Source: an uncultured delta proteobacterium (lineage in GTDB: Bacteria; Desulfobacterota; WTBG01; CAIYCZ01; CAIRTM01). Taken from it: 64,000 bases of DNA. The position numbers and the translations under genes are program-made. How positions within the stretch are numbered: position 1 is the first letter of the stretch; each line of letters starts with the position of its first letter. Of this stretch, positions 34,430-44,108 are shown in pieces. Under the pieces are notes generated by a model. That model ran no database searches, had not been told where the DNA came from, and saw only the letters and a program-made list of their open reading frames with translations. The stretch covers positions 64,001-128,000 of the forward strand of contig CAWDSQ010000014.1 in NCBI GenBank assembly GCA_963804955.1, given 5' to 3'.

Positions 34430-35230
34430 TTAGATGGCCTTGGCATCTTCGCGAAGAGCCTTGGCAAGGGCTGCCGCCTTTTCTTCAGCGCTCTCGCCCT
34501 GAATGATCTTGGCTGCCGTGCGTGCCGGAGGAAGGGTGAAATTGATGCCCTTGGTCTTTGCGCCTGCGGCGCCCGCGGTTGCTGGATCTATGCCGATATC
34601 GCCGGCCTTAACCGGGGTAAGGGGCTTCTTTTTGGCTTTCATAATGCCGGGAAGCGAGGCATAGCGGGGCTCGTTCAAGCCCTTCGGTGCGGTCAGCACT
34701 GCAGGCAGGGGCACTTCGATTATTTCTTCGCCGCCCACGATCTGGCGATTGACCTTCGCGCTCTTCTTATCGGCCGCAACTTCAACCTTTATAACGAGAG
34801 AAACATGGGGTATCCCGAGATTTTCAGCAAGAGCGACACCAACCTGGCTCTGGTCGTCATCAATTGCCTGCTTGCCGCAGAAAATCACGTCATAGTCACC
34901 AATTTTTTTGATCTGGGCTGCAAGAGCCTTTGCCGTTGCCTGGGGATCGCTGCCTTCAAAGGCCGCATCGTCAAGATGGTAGGCATCATCGGCGCCCATG
35001 GCAAGGCCTGTTCGGATAGACTCAACGCAGCGCGCCGGGCCGAGGCACACCAGCGATACCTTGCCGGCGCCCATCTTTTCCTTCATGCGCAGAGCTTCCT
35101 CAATCCCGAATTCATCATAGGGGCTGATGATAAACTTTACGCCGTCCAGAACGACATCGGTACCATCGGATTTAACCCGGATCTGTGCTTCTGTGTCAGG
35201 CACTTGTTTCATGCATACTATACTGTTCAC
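34430..35230 (-). CDS. etfB: Electron transfer flavoprotein beta subunit
   Basis: VCMKQVPDT, PYDEFGIEEAL, LAMGAD, GKQAIDDD, NEPRYASLPGIMKAKKK. Confidence 0.96.
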   Translation of the reverse strand: MNSIVCMKQVPDTEAQIRVKSDGTDVVLDGVKFIISPYDEFGIEEALRMKEKMGAGKVSLVCLGPARCVESIRTGLAMGADDAYHLDDAAFEGSDPQATAKALAAQIKKIGDYDVIFCGKQAIDDDQSQVGVALAENLGIPHVSLVIKVEVAADKKSAKVNRQIVGGEEIIEVPLPAVLTAPKGLNEPRYASLPGIMKAKKKPLTPVKAGDIGIDPATAGAAGAKTKGINFTLPPARTAAKIIQGESAEEKAAALAKALREDAKAI

Positions 35231-35304
35231 GTTGTCCTCCCTAAAGCTAGATTGTTAACGATAAGCCTAAGATTACAAGCTTCAATGGCAATTCAAAAGA
35301 TTTA

Positions 35305-35333
35305 TTAGTAACATAGTCAATTTTAGCGGTCAA
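35305..35333 (-). promoter_or_regulatory. Putative sigma-70 promoter of etfBA
   Basis: Minus strand TTGACC-N17-TACTAA. Confidence 0.45.
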
Positions 35334-35399
35334 GAAAATTTTCAGCCCAGCATTTGTCACCGACGCTTCTTATGTGAAAAATTGATAAAACGTCTTCAT

Positions 35400-35620
35400 G
35401 AAGGGGGGGATTTGGCAGCCGGTCCCGGTCAATTGCTAAGGGTAACAATGAGGGGGATATTTGAGGTTGTTTTTTGTTGGGGCGAACGAAACCGGCTGCC
35501 AAAATTGTATTCACATTAATTAAAATTGAACTGTACACTTCTAAAAAAAGGGGGGGCTGGCAATCAAAATTAAGTGCTTTCAAGGGGGATACCAACATCG
35601 ATTTTTGATTGCCAGCTGCA
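35400..35620 (-). ncRNA. Candidate sigma-54-dependent C-rich small RNA(s), two tandem hairpin units
   Basis: Perfect stems 35603-35616/35556-35569 and 35491-35503/35411-35423; each loop carries UAUCCCCCU and each stem is followed by C7-UU; starts at the predicted +1 of a sigma-54 promoter. Confidence 0.6.
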
Positions 35621-35630
35621 CACTAATCTT

Positions 35631-35646
35631 TGCAATCCTTATGCCA
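35631..35646 (-). promoter_or_regulatory. Sigma-54 (-24/-12) promoter
   Basis: Minus strand TGGCAT-AAGGA-TTGCA, near-perfect consensus. Confidence 0.8.
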
Positions 35647-35753
35647 CACCAGAAGAAGAAAACTTGTGCTGGTTAACCGCTTGAAAAACTTTTCTTATTT
35701 TTTATTTTTCGAAAAAATTCTATGCAGCACACCCTCTTTTTTGCCTTAATAAA

Positions 35754-35808
35754 TTGCCAGATTGGCAAAACAGTTGAAATTTCCTAAAAGCAGAGTAAAG
35801 ATTGGCAA
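35754..35808. promoter_or_regulatory. Putative enhancer-binding-protein site (UAS)
   Basis: Palindrome TTGCCA-GAT-TGGCAA plus repeated AGATTGGCAA 40 bp away, about 110-160 bp upstream of the sigma-54 promoter. Confidence 0.5.
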
Positions 35809-35862
35809 GAGGTTATTGCTAACATGCCCGGGAAGGAGGGTTTATCATAGACGGAGAATCGC

Positions 35863-36051
35863 TAGAGCATTTATTCTTTATTTTGTAGCCATATTTTCCA
35901 TATATGGCATTCCCGTTCGTGGTGAGCTGAGTTGACGGGGTCGAACCATGAACGGAAAGTCGGCCCTTCGACAGGCTCAGGGCGAACGGATAGGAGTTTC
36001 TTTTTCGGAAAATATTTTTTTGCAGGCTACAGTATTTAGAAAAATACTCTA
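35863..36051. repeat. MITE/REP-like element (locus B)
   Basis: Terminal IR TAGAGCATTT/AAATACTCTA, inner TGTAGCC/GGCTACA, core CCGTTCGTGGTGAGC...CCCTTCGACAGGCTCAGGGCGAACGG. Confidence 0.8.
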
Positions 36052-36120
36052 AAAAACTGAGCTGCTGCGACAGGAAAATGTCAAACGGGCCACATTTCTG
36101 ACAGGCAGTCAGCTGGCGCT

Positions 36121-37530
36121 TCAGGCTTCCGGCTCATCATCGCTGTCCGGGACCTCTTCTGCATCCATCTTCCGATACAGCGTACGGGTGGAGATGCCCA
36201 GTATTTTTGAAGCGATATTTTTATTGCCTCGTGACTGTTTCAGTGTTTCCTCCATGACGATCTTTTCAATATCTTTCAGGGGAATTCTGCCGATGGGGAT
36301 ATTGAGAACCCGCAGGCCCGAGGACACATCTTCCGCGTTTTTTGATACGCTCAGTATATCCTCGGGAAGATCGGCTGGCGTAATGCATGACTCACGGGTA
36401 AGCACGACAGCCCGCTCGATGGTGTTTTCGAGCTCCCGGACATTGCCCGGCCAGGGATACTTCATGAGAACCTCCATGGCCTCCTTTGCAATGCCCTCTA
36501 TGGCTCGTCCGTTCTTGGCGCAGTACATGCGTAAAAAATAGTTTGCGAGCAGCGGGATATCGTCCTTGCGCTCCCGAAGAGCAGGCAGCTGAATATTGAT
36601 GACATTGAGCCGGTAATAGAGATCCTCCCGGAACTGCTTCTTCTCAACAAGTTTTTTAAGCTGTGCATTGGTTGCGGCAATCACCCTGACATCGGCCACA
36701 AATGTCTTCCCGCCGCCCAGCCGCTCAAACTCGCCGCTCTGCAGGACGCGCAAAAGCTTCACCTGTACGGAAGGGTTTATATCGCCGATCTCATCGAGAA
36801 AAAGCGTTCCGCCGTGAGCAAGCTCAAAGCGCCCTTCCCTCCGGCTGATGGCGCCGGTAAAAGCTCCTTTTTCATAGCCGAAAAGCTCCGCTTCAAGAAG
36901 GGTCTCCGGCAGCGCAGCGCAGCTGACCTTGACGAAATTTTTTTCACTGCGCGGGCTCAGCTGGTGAATGGCATTGGCAATCACTTCCTTGCCCACGCCG
37001 CTTTCTCCCGTAATCAGAACTGTTGCCGTGCTGGGAGCCACCTGTGCGGACAGCTCCATGACCTTGCGCATAACAAGGCTTTTGCCCACCACATTTTCAG
37101 AGCCCTGAATGTTTTTAATACGATCGTGCAAACTCTTGTTTTCAAGCACAAGCGACCGTTTTTCGAAGGCATTCTTGATGCTTTTAATCACCGTAACCTT
37201 GTTGAAGGGTTTCTGGATAAAATCAAAGGCCCCGTCCTTCATGACATCGACCGCCACATCAACCGTGCCGTGGCCCGTAATAAGAATTACCTCGATTGCG
37301 GGTGAAATTGTTTTTGCTATTTTCAACAGCTCTGCCCCGTCCACCCTGGGCATCTTGAGATCGGTCACCACCACCCCCACCTCGTTTTTCTGCAGCACGC
37401 GCACGGCATCTTCCCCATCGGCGGCAGCCAGCACTTGAAAACCCTCTTTTGACAAAATTTTTGAAAGCGCGTCCCGTATGCCCGGCGTATCGTCAACAAC
37501 CAGAACAACATTATCTCCGGAAAAATCCAC
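36121..37530 (-). CDS. Sigma-54-dependent response regulator (NtrC/AtoC family)
   Basis: REC domain, GESGVGKE, ELFGYEKGAFTGA, FLDEIG, FREDLYYRLNV, WPGNVRELEN, Fis-type HTH; GTG start after GGAGG. Confidence 0.95.
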   Translation of the reverse strand: MDFSGDNVVLVVDDTPGIRDALSKILSKEGFQVLAAADGEDAVRVLQKNEVGVVVTDLKMPRVDGAELLKIAKTISPAIEVILITGHGTVDVAVDVMKDGAFDFIQKPFNKVTVIKSIKNAFEKRSLVLENKSLHDRIKNIQGSENVVGKSLVMRKVMELSAQVAPSTATVLITGESGVGKEVIANAIHQLSPRSEKNFVKVSCAALPETLLEAELFGYEKGAFTGAISRREGRFELAHGGTLFLDEIGDINPSVQVKLLRVLQSGEFERLGGGKTFVADVRVIAATNAQLKKLVEKKQFREDLYYRLNVINIQLPALRERKDDIPLLANYFLRMYCAKNGRAIEGIAKEAMEVLMKYPWPGNVRELENTIERAVVLTRESCITPADLPEDILSVSKNAEDVSSGLRVLNIPIGRIPLKDIEKIVMEETLKQSRGNKNIASKILGISTRTLYRKMDAEEVPDSDDEPEA

Positions 37531-37738
37531 CTTGAACCTCCATTGCACCAACAGCTTTCAAGAAACTGCCGCGCTGCAGCATTCACCGAATGTCCACGCC
37601 AGATTGCCAGCTTTTCGAAAAAAATGCGGCTCCTGCTGCAGGCTCTGTCGATAAAAACGTATTGGGCGCATCCGACTGCACCCGAGCAGAGTGCCTGCAC
37701 AAGCTCCGTCCAAACCCTTAATGGTATATCCTCCAGCA

Positions 37739-39808
37739 TTAAACCGTCTCTGCCGGAAACTCATCAGCCCCATCCTGCCACACAGGCAGTCGCACCGTAA
37801 ACCGGGTGCCCTGGCCGGGCTCACTGTCGCAGAGGATCACACCTTTGTGTTCTGCAATGATGTGCTGGGTGATCGAAAGCCCAAGCCCCGTACCGCCGCT
37901 TTTCGTCGTATAAAAGGGGGTAAAAATACGCTCGAGCTGATCTGGCGGCATGCCGGAACCGGAATCGGCAAACAAAATCTCAATCCAGGGCTGCGTCAGG
38001 CGGGTGGCCACCTCTATTGTGCCGCCAGCAGGCATTGCCTCAATGGCATTGCGCGCCAGATTGAGAAAAGCGCGATGCATATGATCCTTGTCAAGTGCTG
38101 CAGCAGGCAAATTATATTCAAAGGTTGTTTTAAAAAGAATCTTGCGATGCCGGAACTCCTCCTCGAGAAACGCGAAAAGATCTTCTATCACCATGTTGAC
38201 ATCCTGCTTTGCAGGCTGGATTTTCGGAAAACGGGTGCATTCCAGATACTCCCGCAGCACCTTATGCAGGCTCTCGATCTCATTCTTGATCGTCACGATC
38301 AGTTCCTTGGCCTCAACGGCTTCCGGCGCCTGATACCCGCTGATGGCGTCATCGAGCAGGTCTATATTAAGCGTCAGCGACCCGAGCGGATTTCTGATCT
38401 CATGGGCCACCTGGGCCGACATTTTTACAATCATTGACTTGCGCTCATGCTGCAGAAGCTCACTGCGCAGGGCCATTTCGCCCGTGACGTCTTTCACATA
38501 CTCAACCACGCGCATGGTCCGGCCATCTTCGTCCTTGAGCGGAAAAGCCGTAAGATGAAAATAAAACTTTTTGCCGCCCAGAGTTGTGCTCACGCGTTCG
38601 CGAAAAACGGGCCTGCCCGTATCAAAGGCTTCATGGGCCGGGCATCCCTGGCACAGGCTGCTCTGCTGCTGAAACACCTCGTAGCAGGGCTTGCCTCTGA
38701 ACAGCTCCATGGGCTTGTTATGCCATTGGGAAATTGCCTTGTTCACCATGAGCACGCGGTAATCGCGATCAATAATGGAGATGCCATCGGTGATGCCGTC
38801 GATGACCTCGTGGCTCCAGGCTATCTCCTGAGCGGCTATGCGCTTGCGCTTTTCCTGGGCCGAAAGAAAAAACGCGCCGACTACCAGCACCGCTAAAAAG
38901 CCGCAAATAAATATCAGCGGGCCCATGAGGCTTTCCATAAGCGGCGACATCGCTTCCCGGTAGGGCGCGGCAACGCCAATGGACCAGAGCAGGCCGTTGA
39001 ATTTTATGGGGGCATAGGCTATGAGCTTTTTTGTCAGCTGCTTCTCACCGATATGCCAGCCCGTATATTCGCCTTTGCCTTCAACGCCCTTGACCATTTC
39101 CCGGTCTATCAGGGTCTCAAGATTGAAAGAGGTGTTTTCCGGCCAAAGCTCTTTGAGCAGCCCGGCAACTTTTTTCCCCTCCATGGCTTTATTGGGATGG
39201 GCAAGCAGAACGCCCCGGTTGTCGATCATCCAGGCATAGCCGGTTTTCCCCGATTTTATGGGATAAATAAATTCATCCTTGAGCGCCGAAAAATTGACCA
39301 GGCAGCACATCCACTGGCTTTTGCCTCGCACCGGCACCCCCATGATAAATGACCTGCCGCCATTGCCGGAGGTGGCTTCAATAAAATCAGAAATAAAGAC
39401 CTGCTGTTGCGCGGATACAGCCTGAAATAAAAGCTTCTGAAGATTAGCCTGATCAAAATGTGCAGTAAACTGCGGCGGGTGCATATGGATTATGCCGCCG
39501 TCCTGAGAAATCAGAAAAAGCGCCTGCATGAGCTGCGGCTGGCGCAAAAAAAACGGGGCAAGGGTTTTGGGGTCGGGATACAGGCCGTAGGTGTCTGCTG
39601 CCGTGTTCAGGCTTATCTGTATGCCCTGTATGAAATTTTCAATACCGCGGGCTGACTCCCGTACCAGAAAAAGCTGCTGCCGGTTGAAGGCTTCGGCAGT
39701 ATTGCTGACAATCACATGCCGGCTCACAAACGCCACGGCTAGCACGCCCGCAATAACCACTGCGGCAATGACCCATATTCTTGCAACAGAAGGCACATAT
39801 CCCTTCAT
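37739..39808 (-). CDS. Cache-PAS sensor histidine kinase
   Basis: Two TM helices flanking a Cache domain (GKTGYAWMIDNRG.LLAHP), PAS, VAHEIRNPL, NAIEAM, DSGSG, GTGLGL. Confidence 0.92.
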   Translation of the reverse strand: MKGYVPSVARIWVIAAVVIAGVLAVAFVSRHVIVSNTAEAFNRQQLFLVRESARGIENFIQGIQISLNTAADTYGLYPDPKTLAPFFLRQPQLMQALFLISQDGGIIHMHPPQFTAHFDQANLQKLLFQAVSAQQQVFISDFIEATSGNGGRSFIMGVPVRGKSQWMCCLVNFSALKDEFIYPIKSGKTGYAWMIDNRGVLLAHPNKAMEGKKVAGLLKELWPENTSFNLETLIDREMVKGVEGKGEYTGWHIGEKQLTKKLIAYAPIKFNGLLWSIGVAAPYREAMSPLMESLMGPLIFICGFLAVLVVGAFFLSAQEKRKRIAAQEIAWSHEVIDGITDGISIIDRDYRVLMVNKAISQWHNKPMELFRGKPCYEVFQQQSSLCQGCPAHEAFDTGRPVFRERVSTTLGGKKFYFHLTAFPLKDEDGRTMRVVEYVKDVTGEMALRSELLQHERKSMIVKMSAQVAHEIRNPLGSLTLNIDLLDDAISGYQAPEAVEAKELIVTIKNEIESLHKVLREYLECTRFPKIQPAKQDVNMVIEDLFAFLEEEFRHRKILFKTTFEYNLPAAALDKDHMHRAFLNLARNAIEAMPAGGTIEVATRLTQPWIEILFADSGSGMPPDQLERIFTPFYTTKSGGTGLGLSITQHIIAEHKGVILCDSEPGQGTRFTVRLPVWQDGADEFPAETV

Positions 39809-39905
39809 TAATTCCTCTCACTGAATATCCAGTTTAATAGTAGTGAAAAGTAACGGAAAAAGCAAGAAACCAAAAAGGGGGGATTTGTCTTTGCTGCATG
39901 GCGAT

Positions 39906-39946
39906 AAAAAGGCTTATGGCCGGGTTGCCCCGGCCATAAGCCTTTA
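39906..39946 (-). terminator. acs terminator
   Basis: AAAGGCTTATGGCCGGG...CCCGGCCATAAGCCTTT inverted repeat. Confidence 0.8.
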
Positions 39947-39976
39947 TGAAGCGTGAAACCATGCCGGAAGCAGGTA

Positions 39977-41950
39977 TTACTGCTTGTTCTTTTTCAGATC
40001 TTCCACAACAGCGGGATCGGCCAGCGTTGAGGTATCGCCCATATCGTCAAACTGACCGGCGGCGATCTTCTTCAGGATGCGGCGCATGATCTTGCCGGAG
40101 CGGGTCTTCGGGAGGCCATCCGCCCACTGAATCTTGTCGGGCGTGGCGATGGGGCCGATTTCCTTGCGCACATGGGCGACCAGCTCCTTCTTCAGAGCAT
40201 CGGTCTTCTCGACGCCCACGTTCAGGGTGACATAGGCATAGATGCCTTCGCCCTTGATCTCATGGGGAAAGCCGACAACCGCGGCTTCGGCAACCTTCGG
40301 GTGAGCAACCAGCGCGCTTTCGACTTCGGCGGTACCCATGCGGTGGCCGGAAACATTGATAACGTCGTCCAGACGGCCCATGAGGAAGTAGTCGCCGTCG
40401 GCATCCCTGCGGGCGCCGTCGCCGGTGTAGTACTTGCCCGGGAACTGGGTGAAATAGGTATCTTTGAACCGCTGATGATCGCCGTACACAGTGCGCATCA
40501 TGCCGGGCCATGCCTTCTCAACGCAGAGATAGCCGCCTTCATTCACATCGGCTTCGCTCTTGCCGTCTTCGCGCAGAATAACGGGCTTGATGCCGAAGAA
40601 GGGGCGGTTGGCTGAGCCGGGCTTGATCTTCATGGCGCCGGGGATCGGGGTGATAAGGAATCCGCCGGTCTCGGTCTGCCAGTAGGTGTCGACGATCGGG
40701 CAGCGGCCTCCGCCGATTTTGTTGTAGTACCACATCCATGCTTCGGGATTGATGGGCTCGCCCACGGTGCCGAGAATGCGGAGGCTGGAAAGATCGATGC
40801 CTTCAACCCACTGGTCGCCCTGTGCGGCAATGGCGCGGATGGCGGTGGGGGCGGTGTAGAACTGGTTGACCTTGTACTTCTCGACGATCTTCCAGAAGCG
40901 TGAATAATCAGGATAGCTCGGTACGCCTTCAAACATAACGCTGGCTGCGCCGTTTGCAAGGGGGCCGTAGACGATATAGCTGTGGCCGGTGACCCAGCCG
41001 ATGTCGGCCGTGCACCAGAAGGTGTCTTCTTCCTTCAGGTCAAAAACATACTTCAGCGTGGTTGCGGCATACAGCAGATAGCCTGCCGTGGTGTGGCAGG
41101 CGCCCTTGGGCTGGCCGGTGGAGCCGGAGGTGTACAGAATAAAGAGAGGATCTTCCGCGTCCATCCACTCGGGCTCGCAATATGCAGGCAGGCCCTTGGC
41201 ATTCATTTCCTCATTCCACCAGATATCGCGGCCTTCTTTCATGGTGACGGCTGCGCCCGTGCGCTTTACGATAATCGAGGTCTTTACCGTGGGGCAGGAT
41301 TCCAGTGCCTTGTCGGCATTGCCCTTCAGGTCGACCGACTTGCCGGAGCGGTAGGAAGCGTCGCTGGTGATGAGCACCGTTGCTTCGGAGCCCTGAATTC
41401 TGTCGCGGAGCGCGTCTGCGCTGAAGCCGCCGAAGACGATGGCATGGATGGCGCCGATGCGTGCGCAGGCAAGCATGGCGATGGGAAGCTCGGGAATCAT
41501 GGGCAGATAGATAACAACGCGGTCGCCCTTCTTGACGCCCTGTTTCTTGAGCACATTGGCGAACTTGTTCACTTCCGTGTACAGTTCGATATAGGTATAG
41601 GTGCGTGCTTCATCAACGGGCTCGCCCTGCCACATGAGAGCGGCCTTGTTCTTGCGGGCCGTCTTGATGTGCCGGTCAAGGCAGTTGTAGGAGACGTTCA
41701 GCTTGCCGCCCTTGAACCAGGCGATATTTGCTTCCGTAAGATCGGCCTCAACAACCTTGTCCCACTTTTTGAAAAACTCGATGTTCTCGTCTGCCATTTT
41801 GGCCCAGAATGTATCGGGGCTTTCAATAGACTCTTTGTACATTGCCTCGTACTGGGCCATGCTCTTGATGTGGGCCTTCTCGGCCAGTTCCTTGGGAACG
41901 TCGAAAACTTTTCCCAGCTGTGCAAGTGATTGCATTTTCTGTTCTGCCAT
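39977..41950 (-). CDS. acs: Acetyl-CoA synthetase (AMP-forming)
   Basis: [63 protein letters not shown]. Confidence 0.97.
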   Translation of the reverse strand: MAEQKMQSLAQLGKVFDVPKELAEKAHIKSMAQYEAMYKESIESPDTFWAKMADENIEFFKKWDKVVEADLTEANIAWFKGGKLNVSYNCLDRHIKTARKNKAALMWQGEPVDEARTYTYIELYTEVNKFANVLKKQGVKKGDRVVIYLPMIPELPIAMLACARIGAIHAIVFGGFSADALRDRIQGSEATVLITSDASYRSGKSVDLKGNADKALESCPTVKTSIIVKRTGAAVTMKEGRDIWWNEEMNAKGLPAYCEPEWMDAEDPLFILYTSGSTGQPKGACHTTAGYLLYAATTLKYVFDLKEEDTFWCTADIGWVTGHSYIVYGPLANGAASVMFEGVPSYPDYSRFWKIVEKYKVNQFYTAPTAIRAIAAQGDQWVEGIDLSSLRILGTVGEPINPEAWMWYYNKIGGGRCPIVDTYWQTETGGFLITPIPGAMKIKPGSANRPFFGIKPVILREDGKSEADVNEGGYLCVEKAWPGMMRTVYGDHQRFKDTYFTQFPGKYYTGDGARRDADGDYFLMGRLDDVINVSGHRMGTAEVESALVAHPKVAEAAVVGFPHEIKGEGIYAYVTLNVGVEKTDALKKELVAHVRKEIGPIATPDKIQWADGLPKTRSGKIMRRILKKIAAGQFDDMGDTSTLADPAVVEDLKKNKQ

Positions 41951-42062
41951 TTACTTCCTCCTTCTAACATTGTTTCTTGAAGTGTGATTAATAAGAAATG
42001 AAGCTAAAACAAACTTCCCCAAATTTATATAAATATAATTTCAAAGTTTAAGCTTTTTGACT

Positions 42063-42078
42063 ATCAAATAGTATGCCA
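42063..42078 (-). promoter_or_regulatory. Putative sigma-54 promoter of acs
   Basis: Minus strand TGGCAT-ACTAT-TTGAT (GA instead of GC at -12). Confidence 0.5.
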
Positions 42079-42627
42079 TATGTTAAAGGGGGCATCAAAG
42101 CGTGACAATTGAGAATTTAGAATGTTATTTCATGGAGTTCCGTTTGTCAATAGAAAACCTATCAACAAAAAAATTTTGTCACTTTGTCACACTGCCGTCC
42201 TGTTCCGAGTATTTTTTTTGGTGAAATCCGACAAAAACTTTAACTACAACACAGCCAGGGCCTGATAAAGCTCTAGTGACATTCTGGCAGCAAGAATACT
42301 GTTTATCCTTTTAAAGCTATGTGATAACACGGGTGCACCAACGTATAAAAATATGCACAACTTCGTATCAAACGGCTCATGCTTTGGTTATACACTATAT
42401 AATTTTACTTCACTTATTGTATTCCCTGCCACCCCGTTCGCCAATGCCGGCCAAGCTCGTCCGCAACAACTTTGAGATAAAATTTTTTATGGCTTTATTT
42501 TTGCTTAAATAATAGGCTACACTCTGAATAGTTTTGCCGGCAGACTGACTGCGCGGCCCTAATGGTATCGATTTACATGGCGCCCATTCCAGGGGCATCA
42601 TGTGCTACACACCAATGGAGAAGGTTC

Positions 42628-44102
42628 ATGGAACAAGGCAATCCCGGCAGCTTTAAAAAATACATGCATCCTCTTGAAGAATCCGTTTTGTCTCTGGCAA
42701 CGGGAAGAATCGAAAACCCGGTTCCGGAACCGCCCAAAGATAATGTCATACCGATGACGCCGCGCATCGAGGAGCTGCGGCGGCTCCGGAGGCAGAGCCT
42801 GCAGCGCCGGTTGATAAGCTGCAATCGATATCCACGCTGATAAATGAATGCATGATCTACATAAACAAGCAGGTCCTTGGCCGCAAAGACATTGTGCGCC
42901 AGTCCTTTCTGGCGCTCATGACCGGCGAGCATCAGCTGATCATCAGCCGCACGGGTATGGCAAAATCGCTGCTTGCCCGGCAGATATTCGCCTGCTTTGA
43001 CGGAGCAACTGTTTTTGAAAAGCAGCTCACCAAAGACACCATGCCGGAAAATCTGTTCGGCGCCTACGACATCGAAGCCATGAAAAAGGGTAAAATGATC
43101 CACAATGTCGAGGGGTCGCTCGTGCTGTCGCATTTCGCCTTTCTTGATGAAATTTTCGACGCCAATGACATGCTGCTGCGGGCGCTGCTCTCCGTGCTCA
43201 ATGAAAAGCAGCTCGTGAACGGCGAGCAGATGGTTTCCTCGACGCTGCACAGCGCTATCGGAGCTGCCAACTATATCCGCATTACCGAGGTGCTCGAGGC
43301 GGTGCTGGACCGGTTTCTCTACAAAAGCTTCATCCCGGAAAACAAGGATCTGTATTTTCAATACTCCATCGACCAGATTTACCAGGAGCATTTCGGCAAA
43401 GTGGCTGCACCCGAGCGGCGCCTGACCCTCGGGGAGCTGTCATTTGTAAAAAAGCTTGTGCAGAGCAAGCAGCTGGAGATACAGGGCTATGTGCTGTTTC
43501 TCAAAAACTATATTCTGAAAAAGTATATTGAAGAGACCCGCGCCGTGGTCTCCGACCGCAAAGACTATACGATCAGCGACCGCAAAAGCGCGAAAACACA
43601 GGATACGATGCGCGCCTCCGCCATTATGGACGGAAGAACCGAAGTTGATGAAAGAGATCTCGACAGCCTCTACTATGTCATCTGTACCCTGGGGCGCGAG
43701 GAAGAAAAAATACGGTTCGATAAAATACTCAATGCCACCAAAAACTATTTCCGGCAGGACAAAACGATTCTGGAAAACATGTTCAATGCCATCGGCATTT
43801 TCAACATCATCAAAAAAAGCAAAAGCACCGACTCGTTGAGGAGCGACCAGGCATTCCAGGAGGTGCATCAAAAGCTTGAGCGGGTGGCAAAGTCGGAAGG
43901 CTCCGTGCTGATGGAATACTTCACGAAGCTGCGCCAGAAATTCATGTCCCTCACGCGCGACAACTTTCTGCCCGAAACATTCACGCTGTTTGAAAACTTG
44001 AGCGAAATGTCGCTGAAAGAGGCCAAATCACGCGAAACCAGAGATCTGATTTCAGGATTCCGGGAAGATGTCTTTCATGAAAAAAAGATCGCTCTCAAGT
44101 AA
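42628..44102 (+). CDS. MoxR-family AAA+ ATPase, RavA-like (frameshift near 42770; main ORF 42852-44102)
   Basis: LALMTGEH.LIISRTGMAKSLLAR, TMPENLFG, AFLDEIF..N...LL.VLNE, GAAN, AVLDRF. Confidence 0.85.
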
Positions 44103-44108
44103 GCCGCT

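Noticed and set aside
35323..35598. 91-aa ORF over the C-rich hairpins
   Set aside because: No RBS or recognisable protein features; perfect stems and repeated motifs fit an RNA better.
35400..35620. CsrB/RsmZ-type GGA-repeat RNA on the plus strand
   Set aside because: The promoter and U tract point to the minus strand, and there are few GGA loops.
40982..41929. Long antisense ORFs (also 10323-11165, 27610-28371, 23422-24381, 42573-43391)
   Set aside because: Shadows of well-supported genes on the opposite strand in GC-rich coding sequence.
42562..42840. Independent small protein upstream of the AAA+ ATPase
   Set aside because: A one-base shift near 42770 joins it to the open frame leading into the ATPase.
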